In this document: positions 49,601-60,292 of the stretch, piece by piece
Position numbering within the stretch: the stretch's first letter is position 1
Layout of the letters: every line of letters starts with the position of its first letter
NCBI GenBank assembly: GCA_963796685.1
Contig: CAWCMR010000021.1
Coordinates: 13,495 to 77,494, forward strand
Length of the DNA stretch: 64,000 bases
Direction of reading: 5' to 3'
Origin: an uncultured delta proteobacterium
GTDB taxonomy: Bacteria > Myxococcota_A > Polyangia > Fen-1088
Notes under the pieces: generated by a model
Seen by the model: only the letters and a program-made list of their open reading frames with translations
The model's database searches: none
What the model was told of the DNA's origin: nothing
Made by a program: the position numbers and the translations under genes

Positions 49601-50100
49601 ACCTACGCCCGCCCGCGCTCCTGTGCGGCCAGCTCCTGCTCGATACCGAAGATACCGTCGAGCTCGCGTTTCGGCTCGGCCGGGCCATGGCCCTTTGCGC
49701 GCCGGGGCGCCTCGCGGGCTCGGCGCGTTCGGGCGGACAGATGCGACCCTACTTCGTCGCGGCGCTGGCCCTGGCCAACGCCGCCGGACCGGTGAAGGGA
49801 CCGGCGGCGCTCGAGGCCAGCAAGTCCATCGCCGAGCTGGATGGCGCCGCGCAGGCCCGCATCCTGGAAGCTGCCCAGGCCATCAAACGCAAGTACGACA
49901 ACCTGAACCTCAGCGTGTGGGGGCGTGGTCTGGCTCGCGTGGCGACGCGTCTGGCGTTGCTCATCTCCGGCGATCTCCTGCGCATGGGCCGGGCCGTGGT
50001 GGAGGAAGACGGCCCCGCGGCCCTCGACGACCTGCTGACCTTTGCCCTGTCGCTCGACTATCTCGACCTGCGCCAGGAGCTAGGCCTCACAACAGCATGA
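46627..50100 (+). CDS. Multidomain response regulator (REC-DUF4388-DnaJ-like-TPR)
   Basis: ILLVEDD/DLYMP receiver domain, SNLRQEALG DUF4388-like region, HYEILGV J-like motif, TPR repeats. Confidence 0.85.
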   Translation: MAKTILLVEDDPIARKAVERLICSEPRLAGIEPRVVQAASGQQGLAVFVSERPDLIITDLYMPAMDGFSLCRSIREAPFGQEVPIIVTSGIYKDPALASSLSDEVRACFLPKPLQPDDLVRTILECLGQPLPAQESTGGMKPQPHHRAEDQAMAPDPAAKFRSTEKRDIAIDLAGLEPPPAPAAPPQPDKPAPAVEVVAVPPSAGNPIGAGSLAKTHVARLIFDLAETSIVGTLSFAHGKVRKDLYVRGGQVVAADSNLRQEALGTLLCAKGIIDEGQLAFVLAETKKRGHKMGAVLIELGWLTPEEVLQCLAAQARKRIVDCLRWDEGSYSFTPGDSFGERVIEHDLDVAKSIFLGLYRSATPEALVDRFDQSGACPVQLTQRFDRYSGAFEETFGGDISSIIADAPTVGALSLREDAHVVMAEIEALLETGLAALGDPMDEEETSTTALESSFSLEKLGAELNRRFEAIVESPANVSFTEIRKAEVLPMSGPGYARTAEESNSGALDIGYSTKSERRTGTHPVVVPASDLRQRLLHEYLMIHGKSHYEILGVTPQTAVSRIEEAVLAKLASFSDEEVAGADLAPADRARLDAVRAAITQAGRILCAPTEREGYDRRLVTASTAAVDPLGAELAFGEAMQLFQAERFDEALVKFETAVSARPDQALYHAYLGWAGFVASGPDKASEARDRLHHALALDPDLAEAHAMLGRLAATEDDARTARRHLEQSLTIEPEQAEAVALLLEAYARLPEPDPRGAERFLRKLVSALGERAEPLRQRIWLALGALYEDELADRSSARIAYDTAARLAPRHIDSVRKSLELNSEDPARWRETAHALASEWHLHPHDSAPAARLLSLFRSQGQQGAAATTAAAMVLRGLADEPTRTLADQGRPLSLRRISGPLPANLLARAGYRAEESDLEELAALLVETSVLKPFTRDELGLLDTDTPLSAAAEPAPFRDVLHYVCGLFQTQVPETIIRVPVLGGDARLADLRPPALLCGQLLLDTEDTVELAFRLGRAMALCAPGRLAGSARSGGQMRPYFVAALALANAAGPVKGPAALEASKSIAELDGAAQARILEAAQAIKRKYDNLNLSVWGRGLARVATRLALLISGDLLRMGRAVVEEDGPAALDDLLTFALSLDYLDLRQELGLTTA

Positions 50101-50304
50101 CCTGCCTCACGCCGCGCCGTTGCTCTGAAGCTTTTCCGGTGGTAGGGATTGTGGAAAGGGTGATAGGGCTGCTATACGGCATGGGACGATCGGTTGGTCA
50201 GGGCAAACGCGGGGCGCTCCGGCACCGCGCGAGCAAGGGGGAGGGTTGGTTTTCGTTCCGATGAGCAGTTCGAGCATGAAGTCCGGAGAGGAAGAACCAA
50301 ACCG

Positions 50305-50535
50305 ATGGCCCAAAGTCAGACGCACACGACGGCACGCTTCAATGGAGTGAAGATCTTCTCCGCCACCATGGCCCAAGAGCGCGAGAACCTGGGTGAGAAG
50401 GTGACGCTTTGGATTCGCGAGCATCCCCAGTGCCAGGTAGTGGACACCATCGTGACCCAGTCGTCGGACGAGGCCTTCCACTGCCTCGCCATCACCGTCT
50501 TCTACCTGGAAGACCGGACACTCGCAGCGAAGTAG
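50305..50535 (+). CDS. Small conserved hypothetical protein
   Basis: FNGVKIFSATMAQERENLGEKVT...VTQSSDEAFHCLAITVFY; GC3-biased codons. Confidence 0.75.
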   Translation: MAQSQTHTTARFNGVKIFSATMAQERENLGEKVTLWIREHPQCQVVDTIVTQSSDEAFHCLAITVFYLEDRTLAAK

Positions 50536-53023
50536 CTGTCGGCTGCAGGCCCGCTGCCAAGAGGATCGGCCATGCCGATCCTTTTCGCATTTACGGTTCA
50601 GCCCGACTATTTTGATGGGAACCCTGGGAGGGTTCCCAAACCCTCCCGCGCTCTGGCTCCGCCGGGCGAAGCCCGGCTACGCCAACGCGTTTGATGGAAA
50701 CCCTGGCCTGAAACCACCTCGCCCCGCGCAGCGGGGAGAGGTCGCCGAGCGCAGCGAGGCGAGTAAGGGGCAGTCACGTTTCATACCTGAAGGATCCGGG
50801 CCTTCGGCCCGGCGGCGGTACTGGGAGGGTTCTGCTCTGCACTCGGCACCTGCCAGCCCGCACTGCCTCCCCCGCGCTTCGCGCGGCCTCGCCATACCCT
50901 CCCGCGATGGTACGCCGCCAGCAAAGCCGGCCGGCTCCCCACGCGATTAGCCCCCCACGAAGACGAACGGGTAACTGACCATTCTCATGGGAACCCTGGG
51001 AGGGTTCCCAAACCCTCCCGCGCTCTGGCTCCGCCGGGCGAAGCCCGGCTACGCCAACGCGTTTGATGGAAACCCTGGCCTGAAACCACCTCGCCCCGCG
51101 CAGCGGGGAGAGGTCGCCGAGCGCAGCGAGGCGAGTGAGGGGCAGTCACGTTTCATACCTGAAGGATCCGGGCCTTCGGCCCGGCGGCGGTACTGGGAGG
51201 GTTCTGCTCTGCACTCGGCACCTGCCAGCCCGCACTGCCTCCCCCGCGCTTCGCGCGGCCTCGCCATACCCTCCCGCGATGGTACGCCGCCAGCAAAGCC
51301 GGCCGGCTCCCCACGCGATTAGCCCCCCACGAAGACGAACGGGTAACTGACCATTCTCATGGGAACCCTGGGAGGGTTCCCAAACCCTCCCGCGCTCTGG
51401 CTCCGCCGGGCGAAGCCCGGCTACGCCAACGCGTTTGATGGAAACCCTGGCCTGAAACCACCTCGCCCCGCGCAGCGGGGAGAGGTCGCCGAGCGCAGCG
51501 AGGCGAGTGAGGGGCAGTCACGTTTCATACCTGAAGGATCCGGGCCTTCGGCCCGGCGGCTGTACTGGGAGGGTTCTGCTCTGCACTCGGCACCGGCCAG
51601 CCCGCACTGCCTCCCCCGCGCTTCGCGCGGCCTCGCCATACCCTCCCGCGATGGTACGCCGCCGGCAAAGCCGGCCGGCTCCCCACGCGATTAGCCCCCC
51701 ACGAAGACGAACGGGTAACTGACTATTCTCATGGGAACCCTGGGAGGGTTCCCATTCCCTCCCGCGCTCTGGCTCCGCCGGGCGAAGCCCGGCTACGCCA
51801 ACGCGTTTGATGGAAACCCTGGCCTGAAACCACCTCGCCCCGCGCAGCGGGGAGAGGTCGCCGAGCGCAGCGAGGCGAGTAAGGGGCAGTCACGTTTCAT
51901 ACCTGAAGGATCCGGGCCTTCGGCCCGGCGGCGGTACTGGGAGGGTTCTGCTCTGCACTCGGCACCTGCCAGCCCGCCCTGCCTCCCCCGCGCTTCGCGC
52001 GGCCTCGCCATACCCTCCCGCGATGGTACGCCGCCAGCAAAGCCGGCCGGCTCCCCACGCGATTAGCCCCCCACGAAGACGAACGGGTAACTGACTATTC
52101 TCATGGGAACCCTGGGAGGGTTCCCATTCCCTCCCGCGCTCTGGCTCCGCCGGGCGAAGCCCGGCTACGCCAACGCGTTTGATGGAAACCCTGGCCTGAA
52201 ACCACCTCGCCCCGCGCAGCGGGGAGAGGTCGCCGAGCGCAGCGAGGCGGGTGAGGGGCTGTCACGTTTCATACCTGAAGGATCCGGGCCTTCGGCCCGG
52301 CGGCGGTACTGGGAGGGTTCTGCTCTGCACTCGGCACCGGCCAGCCCGCACTGCCTCCCCCGCGCTTCGCGCGGCCTCGCCATACCCTCCCGCGATGGTA
52401 CGCCGCCGGCAAAGCCGGCCGGCTCCCCACGCGATTAGCCCCCCACGAAGACGAACGGGTAACTGACCATTCTCATGGGAACCCTGGGAGGGTTCCCATT
52501 CCCTCCCGCGCTCTGGCTCCGCCGGGCGAAGCCCGGCTACGCCAACGCGTTTGATGGAAACCCTGGCCTGAAACCACCTCGCCCCGCGCAGCGGGGAGAG
52601 GTCGCCGAGCGCAGCGAGGCGGGTGAGGGGCTGTCACGTTTCATACCTGAAGGATCCGGGCCTTCGGCCCGGCGGCGGAGAGGGTTCTGCTCTGCACTCG
52701 GCACCGGCCAGCCCGCCCGCCTCCCCCGCGCTTCGCGCGGCCTCGCCATACCCTCCCGCGATGGTACGCCGCCGGCAAAGCCGGCCGGCTCCCCACGCGA
52801 TTAGCCCCCCACGAAGACGAACGGGTAACTGACTATTCTCATGGGAACCCTGGGAGGGTTCCCATTCCCTCGCGCGCTCTGGCTCCGGCGAGCAAAGCTC
52901 GCCTACGCCAACGCGGGTGATGGGATCCCTGACCTGAAACACCTCGCCCCGCGTAGCGAAGCGAAGCGGGGAGAGGTCGCCGAGCGCAGCGAGGCGGGTG
53001 AGCATCTGTGTTCCTAGTCAAGG

Positions 53024-54268
<1,245 letters not shown>

Positions 54269-54434
54269 TCATACCTGAAGGATCCGGGCCTTCGGCCCGG
54301 CGGCGGTACTGGGAGGGTTCTGCTCTGCACTCGGCACCGGCCAGCCCGCACTGCCTCCCCCGCGCTTCGCGCGGCCTCGCCATACCCTCCCGCGATGGTA
54401 CGCCGCCGGCAAAGCCGGCCGGCTCCCCACGCGA

Positions 54435-55022
54435 TTAGCCCCCCACGAAGACGAACGGGTAACTGACTATCCCCCCACCCTTTTGGGATTTGGGGAATTC
54501 CCAGTGGGAAACCTGGGCGGTCACGCAGCGAGGTAGCGGGGTGTCGGCGAACGACGGCGCGTCCACCTGCAGTCCGGCGGCGCGCCCGTCGGCGCCGATG
54601 GTGAAGCTGACGATGGCCTTGCCCGAGCGGGCTTGACCCGTTCGCGCCATGCTCATGAAGCAGCCGCGCACCGACATCAGGTTGCCGCGGATGATCCGTT
54701 GCACCTCTTCGCCGCGCGGTCGATCGGGCAAGGCGCCCGGATTGGCCGTGTTCGCCTCGGCCGACGGAGCCACTGCCGGCGGGTCGGCCTTGACCCGGGA
54801 AGCGCGGCGGACATTGCCCATCAATCCCTCGCCGCGGTCGTCCTCGATGTAGGAGACCTCGATTCCAGCCTTGGCCAGCTCGGCCCACTTCTTGTCGAAG
54901 TCCGGGCTGGTGGCGCCGGCCGACGCGGATTTCTTGGCGCAAGCCGCGCCGCCGAGCGCGAGCGCGAAGACGAGCCCAGTTCCGATCGCAGACTGCGCAT
55001 TTCGCCGCAACATGCCGCCCAT
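54435..55022 (-). CDS. Lipoprotein with an AgmX/PglI (TonB-C-like) C-terminal domain
   Basis: Lipobox GAAC; VRGCF...GKAIVSFTI...CV...WEFP...VSYPFVF. Confidence 0.8.
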   Translation of the reverse strand: MGGMLRRNAQSAIGTGLVFALALGGAACAKKSASAGATSPDFDKKWAELAKAGIEVSYIEDDRGEGLMGNVRRASRVKADPPAVAPSAEANTANPGALPDRPRGEEVQRIIRGNLMSVRGCFMSMARTGQARSGKAIVSFTIGADGRAAGLQVDAPSFADTPLPRCVTAQVSHWEFPKSQKGGGIVSYPFVFVGG

Positions 55023-55029
55023 TTTACAC

Positions 55030-55791
55030 CTACTTGCCCCGCCCGAGCGCGCGGAAGTCCGAGGGCATCATGGTCTTCGGCCGGTAGGGCGAGTCCTTCT
55101 GCGCGCGCCTCACCCGGCGAAGCACGAACACCCAGAAGGTCAGCGAAAGCAGCGTCACCGCCGTCCACACCTTCCAGCCAAGACCGTGCAAGAGGGCGAA
55201 GTCGTAGGCGCCGTGAAAGCCGACCGGCACCACCAACGACAAGACCAACGAGACCCAGAAGCGCCGCGCTCGATGGCCCGCTCGATGACCATCGCTGGGC
55301 GCGAACTTGGCGCGTCCCACGTAGAAGCCCATGCAGCCGCCGAACAGAGCGTGGGCCGGCACCGCGAAGAGCGCGCGCTGCCAGGCGATGGCCAGGCCGC
55401 GATTCGACAGAAAGAGAAAGCTCTCGAGCGTGGCGAAGCCGAGCGCGATGGCCACCCCGTAGAACAGCCCGTCCATCGGCTCGTCGAACTCGCGCCAGGC
55501 GTAGACCGCCGCCACCAGCACCACCCACTTGGCCGCCTCCTCGACCAGGCCGGCGAGCACGAAGGCGTCGAAGAGGCGCGCCGGCTCGCCGCCCGTGTGC
55601 AGCCAGTCGGACGACACCCAGTCCGAGAGCATGGGCGTCGCGCCCTGTGCCGCCGCGAGGGCGAACATGCCGAGCAGATACGCCGCCGCGACGTGGCCGA
55701 TGGGCTCGCGCTCGTAGCGGTCGCGCAGGTAGAAATACGCCAAGAGCGCGAGAGACGGCGCCGCGGCCACCAGGGCGACGAACATGGCCAT
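55030..55791 (-). CDS. PrsW-family intramembrane protease
   Basis: DRYEREP, VEEAAK, GFATLES, HALF, FHGAYD motifs. Confidence 0.9.
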   Translation of the reverse strand: MAMFVALVAAAPSLALLAYFYLRDRYEREPIGHVAAAYLLGMFALAAAQGATPMLSDWVSSDWLHTGGEPARLFDAFVLAGLVEEAAKWVVLVAAVYAWREFDEPMDGLFYGVAIALGFATLESFLFLSNRGLAIAWQRALFAVPAHALFGGCMGFYVGRAKFAPSDGHRAGHRARRFWVSLVLSLVVPVGFHGAYDFALLHGLGWKVWTAVTLLSLTFWVFVLRRVRRAQKDSPYRPKTMMPSDFRALGRGK

Positions 55792-55870
55792 CGAGCGTAA
55801 CACCGATCGGATGCATGGCCTACCGCCGCGGCGACGGCTATACTGGCTGGAGAAGAAGACAACAAATGAA

Positions 55871-56225
55871 GGGGGCGAAACAGTTTCGACGGGAGTAAGC
55901 GAAGCTCTGGTTGCGTGCCGAGGCGCCCGAGGCCTCGTAAAAACGGGCAAAAAAGAAACGCGAATGATAACTCATTCGCTCTGGCCGCCTAAACAGCGGA
56001 CCGGACCACGACTCTAGGGACTGCCTACGACCTAGCGAAGTGGCCATTTAGTGGGCTTTGCGGCCGGGCAGCGTCTTCCGGCGCGGCCGCGAGAAACAGG
56101 GAGGGCTGGCGAGCGGGACGCCCTGTCGGTGGGCCAACCCGAACGCGAGACAAAAATCGCCGAACACGCACGTAGTAGCTGGAGCAGAGACCTCTCGGAC
56201 CCGGGGGCAGTACCCGGCGCCTCCA
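55871..56225 (+). ncRNA. ssrA: tmRNA
   Basis: 5' GGGGGCGAAACAGTTTCGAC; tag ORF ANDNSFALAA* at 55960-55992; 3' T-arm and CGCCTCCA. Confidence 0.95.
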
Positions 56226-56233
56226 CAACAATT

Positions 56234-57391
56234 TCAGCTAGTTGTAAGCGATGTAAGGTCTTGTTGCCGTATAGTTGCCTCACGCGAGGCGCCAATGTCG
56301 AGAAGGGCAACGGCATCTCGACGGCTTTCAGGTGATAGATGCGAGTAGCGCATCGTGGTGGTGATGTCTCTGTGACCGAGCAACTCCTGCACCGCCTTGA
56401 TGGGCACGCCACGCATCGCCAGATGGCTAGCGAAAGTGTGTCGCAGCACGTGCCATCCGATCTGGCGCAGCCCTGCCCTCTTGCTCGCATCGTAGAGAGG
56501 TCGCCTGCACTGATTTTTCGTCAACATACTGCCGTCGCCGTTGCAGAAGACCAACTCTCCCCGCAGATGCCGGTGCGCTTTGAGCGCAACGACTGTCTCC
56601 GGTGAGAGATCGATCTCGCGTGCCCGCCACCCCTTCGTGGTACCCACGATGCCCGACCAGACCGAATGCCTAACGACGATCTTGCCTGCCGCAAGGTCGA
56701 CGTCGCGCCAGCGTAGAGCCAACAGCTCTCCTTGGCGTAGCCCGGCCTTTGCCGCCACGATGATCATCGTCCGCCACTCCGCTTCGGACGCCGCCACCAG
56801 CGCCCTCGATTCCTCGAAGGTGAGAAAATCGAAGTCGCTGTCCGGCACCTTCAGCCACCGAACCCGCGGTACACGATCCACGAGCCCCCACTCTTCGGCC
56901 ACGGCCAACATGCGTCGGAGCACGATGAGATGGTTGTTTATCGTCTTCGGAGATAGCCCGTCACGAAGCTTCGCAGCCTTGTAGCGCTCGATCTCTCCAG
57001 AGCCAACCTCGCCCAGCCGCAAGCTCCCCAAGGCGGGAACCAAGTGGAGATCGAGGATCATCCTCTTGCTCTTAACCTCCGACGGTTTGTTGTTGGGCAC
57101 CGCGTAGGTTTCGATGAATGTCTTGGCGAACGAGGCCACTGACACGCAGTCCACCTTGCTCGACTTCTCCTTCGTTTCCGCTGGATCTGATTCCTCCTTT
57201 GTCCGTCCGGCCAATAGCTCGGCAATTCGCTGCCGCTCGTAGGTTTCCGCGCCCCGCCTCGTCTGGATCTCCGGCACTTCACGGAATCTCTTCCGCTCGC
57301 CGCCGGGGACTTGGACGGTAAAATCCGCTATCCAGAACATGGTTTCCTTACCTGTAGCCGGGTCGCGGCGTCGTTGCTGTCGCACGCTCAT
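56234..57391 (-). CDS. Tyrosine recombinase/integrase
   Basis: GLRQGEL, HVLRHTFAS, LLGH, TMRY motifs. Confidence 0.95.
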   Translation of the reverse strand: MSVRQQRRRDPATGKETMFWIADFTVQVPGGERKRFREVPEIQTRRGAETYERQRIAELLAGRTKEESDPAETKEKSSKVDCVSVASFAKTFIETYAVPNNKPSEVKSKRMILDLHLVPALGSLRLGEVGSGEIERYKAAKLRDGLSPKTINNHLIVLRRMLAVAEEWGLVDRVPRVRWLKVPDSDFDFLTFEESRALVAASEAEWRTMIIVAAKAGLRQGELLALRWRDVDLAAGKIVVRHSVWSGIVGTTKGWRAREIDLSPETVVALKAHRHLRGELVFCNGDGSMLTKNQCRRPLYDASKRAGLRQIGWHVLRHTFASHLAMRGVPIKAVQELLGHRDITTTMRYSHLSPESRRDAVALLDIGASREATIRQQDLTSLTTS

Positions 57392-57675
57392 GGTGTTCTC
57401 CTCGAGCGCGGGACGGCACCTCGGCCACTACGTACCCATTCTACCACCGTAGGGCGGTGGACGAGGATGCGGTTGCCGACACGACGAATGCCTGGAATCT
57501 GCTGCTGGTTGATCGAGTTGTAGAGCGTCTTCCGGTTCAGCCGCAATTCCGCGGCGAGTTCGTCCACGGAAACGAATTCGCGCGGCACGGGAGCAACTTG
57601 CCCCGGCAATACCGAGGGGGGGCTCTCAGAACCCACTGCGTTACTCGCGTGAGGTGGAGTGGAGGCTGAACGCAT
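57388..57675 (-). CDS. Excisionase-like HTH protein
   Basis: SVDELAAELRLNRKTLYNSI...IPGIRRVG; overlaps the integrase start. Confidence 0.8.
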   Translation of the reverse strand: MRSASTPPHASNAVGSESPPSVLPGQVAPVPREFVSVDELAAELRLNRKTLYNSINQQQIPGIRRVGNRILVHRPTVVEWVRSGRGAVPRSRRTP

Positions 57676-58128
57676 ACATATATTCTAAGTGGTCGAGCGC
57701 GACCACGATCAAGTACTCAGCACCTGCAAGAGCGTTGAGCCAATTCAGCGATTCTTTCGAGGAAATCGCATGCCGCCTCTTTCGAATCGCGATCCGCAAT
57801 ACGCGGAACGCTCGGTCAATGACGCGAATTGCGAGAAAGATCTTTCACCCATTATCGACACTTGGGCGCCACTCGGGCAGACCGAGCGGCTATCGACCGG
57901 CAACCTTCGGCGTGCTTGAACTGCCGTCGAAAAGGTTCACCATTTTCCGCGCCCTCGATGGCAGAGAGAGCCTGGAGAAAGATGGCGCGAGGTCAAGTCT
58001 TACGGCCGACGCTGCCTACAACAATGCAAACGGCAGCAGTCAGGATCATCCGGCTGTAGGTCCGTGCTTGGCACGACATCCTTCAACTCTAGCAGGTGCA
58101 TGTGTATCCGTCGTTGGAGGTGCAGCTG

Positions 58129-59043
58129 CTACGGACAGCTGGCCGGGCAGATGCAGACCGCCCCGGCGCACGTCTGAAGCCCAAGGTTGCAGTAGCTGCC
58201 AGCCGCACACTGTATGGCCGATGTGCATGATCCGCTGTACTGCCTGCGCATGCACACGCCTCCGCTACAGTAGGAAGCCACGGAAATAGGGGAACCTGCG
58301 TCGCAGTCGCTGTTTCCACTGCACTGCGTGGCACATGCCGCTCCCTTGCAGGCGTACGGCGCGCACGCCATGTTCGAAGCGCCCCGGCACGTCCCTGTCC
58401 CATCGCACGTTCGCGCGGTCGTAGCGGTGCCCGCCGTGCATGAGGCGCTGGTACACTCCGTGCCACTTGACCACAGCCGACAACCACCGCTGCCATCACA
58501 GGTTCCATCTCGCCCACATGTGCTTGCCGAATCCTGTGTGCAGCTATCCTTCGGATCCGTCCCCGCGGGCACAGGAGAGCAGTACCCAGCATTGCCCGCC
58601 AGGTTGCATGTCGTGCAGATGCTCGTGCAAGCCGTCTCGCAGCAGACGCCATCCACACAAAAGCCGCGCTCGCACTGGCTGGCCTGCGTGCACGCCACGC
58701 CGACACCGAACTGGCCCTCGGCGTCAGGCGTTGGCGACGAGCCGTCAACCTCAGATGTGCTATCTGTTGCGTCGCCGACGGCAGCATCGTGGTAAAGCCC
58801 ATCGGCGGGCTCCACTTCGGCAACCATCGGAACATCCGGTGGCGCATTTGGGGCATCCGACGGAGGCAGCAGGTCCAGAGTCGGGAAAGCCTTGTCTCCC
58901 CCTACGTCGAGGACGGTGCCACCGACGCTGTCATCGCCGCCATCCGTGAGCCGGATGCCCGGCGTGCTCAACTCTTCGGGATCGAAGGTGCAGGCGCCCA
59001 TGGCCACCAAGATCGCGAGCGCTAATCCAAGGGATGTCTTCAT
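58129..59043 (-). CDS. Cys-rich lipoprotein
   Basis: Lipobox MGAC; CVDGVCC..AC and CDGxGxC repeats. Confidence 0.85.
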   Translation of the reverse strand: MKTSLGLALAILVAMGACTFDPEELSTPGIRLTDGGDDSVGGTVLDVGGDKAFPTLDLLPPSDAPNAPPDVPMVAEVEPADGLYHDAAVGDATDSTSEVDGSSPTPDAEGQFGVGVACTQASQCERGFCVDGVCCETACTSICTTCNLAGNAGYCSPVPAGTDPKDSCTQDSASTCGRDGTCDGSGGCRLWSSGTECTSASCTAGTATTARTCDGTGTCRGASNMACAPYACKGAACATQCSGNSDCDAGSPISVASYCSGGVCMRRQYSGSCTSAIQCAAGSYCNLGLQTCAGAVCICPASCP

Positions 59044-59045
59044 GG

Positions 59046-60020
59046 TCAGTACCTCACGCTCGCAAGAATGCCGGCTGTTTGACCAGCGAGTGGGGCCACG
59101 AGCACCGGCCGACCCTCGACGAAGAACAGGATCCCGGTCGTGGCCGCGGCTGCGCCGGCAAGGCCCCAGAAGATGTTGGCGGTATCCTTGAGGGTGGTTA
59201 TCGAGTCAATGTCGTTCCTGCTGCATGCGACCGTGCTCTGACTCGCGCTGCCGCACGATCTGTGCAGGCTGTCGAACCTCGACTCCATCCGCGCACCGAA
59301 GATCGCCGCTGCTCCCGTGAAGACGACCGCCGAGCCCGCCGCCACCCAGGTCCACTTGCGGCCTAGCCACCATCCCCGGTCTGCTTCGGCCGTGGGCCAA
59401 GCCTGGGCCGACCGAGTTTGCACGACCGCCGGGGCGGATGGGGGTGTGACCGCCAGGGGGGCGACCACTGCTCGTGGCCACAAGACCACGGTCTCAACCG
59501 TGCCGGCCCGGACATTCACGTCCTCCATCGCGAGTTCTCCAGTCGACTGTCTCGCCGTCACCTGGTGATTCCCCGGCGTGACCCTGACCGAATTTGTGAG
59601 CGGCGCGAGGCCCACCGACTTGCCGTCCACATCGATCTCTGCCCCAGTGGTGGTGCACTCGATGAACAGACCGCCCACCTTCGCTTTCAGGTCGGCCACC
59701 GACTTCTTGGCCTCGGCCGTCAGCTCGGGGGCGGCATCCTTGACCTCGGCTAGAAAGCGCTCGAAGGACTCGATCGCCTCGATCGGGCGGCCGATGTCGC
59801 GGCTGGCCTGCCCAATATTGAAGAACAGCTTCGGGCTCGCAAATTCCGCGTAGGCTTGCTTGAACCTCTCCAGCGCCTCGGCCGGGCTGCCACGGTAGTA
59901 GAGCTTCGTACCTTCCTTCAGCAAAACCTGAGCCCTGGCTTTGGCTTCTGGGCTGCTCGATTGCGCCGCAGTCTGCGCGAGAAACGCGAATAGGACGAAG
60001 GACACTGTGGTCATGGTCAT
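59046..60020 (-). CDS. TPR + PEGA domain protein
   Basis: Signal peptide, TPR-like helices, GAEIDVDG...PGNHQV, C-terminal hydrophobic segments. Confidence 0.85.
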   Translation of the reverse strand: MTMTTVSFVLFAFLAQTAAQSSSPEAKARAQVLLKEGTKLYYRGSPAEALERFKQAYAEFASPKLFFNIGQASRDIGRPIEAIESFERFLAEVKDAAPELTAEAKKSVADLKAKVGGLFIECTTTGAEIDVDGKSVGLAPLTNSVRVTPGNHQVTARQSTGELAMEDVNVRAGTVETVVLWPRAVVAPLAVTPPSAPAVVQTRSAQAWPTAEADRGWWLGRKWTWVAAGSAVVFTGAAAIFGARMESRFDSLHRSCGSASQSTVACSRNDIDSITTLKDTANIFWGLAGAAAATTGILFFVEGRPVLVAPLAGQTAGILASVRY

Positions 60021-60292
60021 AGCTCCTGGATGAGGCGTCGCTTGGCGCGAAGCTTCGGAGACCTGTGCTTGGGAGCGCTCTCAGACGGATTGACAGAGCC
60101 GCCGATCTTCCCAATGGGAGTGTGGTCGGATGCTGGCAGGGGCGGCTCGGGGGATGGCGGCTGGGGAATGACAATGGGTCCACGGACAGGCGCAGGGGGC
60201 ATGACCGGCATATTCGGCGACACCGGCACACCCGTCGGCTGATAGGCAGCGGGCTTCGATGGGCCTCCGCGGGGCGTTAGCAAGAGAAAACT

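Noticed and set aside
50612-52832. Repeated 111-aa and 72-aa ORFs in the array
   Set aside because: They are translations of palindromic GC-rich DNA with no recognisable motifs; probably non-coding
56234-57391. Integron integrase for the attC array
   Set aside because: It is 20 kb away, paired with an excisionase at tmRNA, and shows no IntI-specific insertion before the HxLRH motif
57654-58289. 211-aa plus-strand ORF in the island
   Set aside because: Overlaps better-supported minus-strand genes and has no recognisable features
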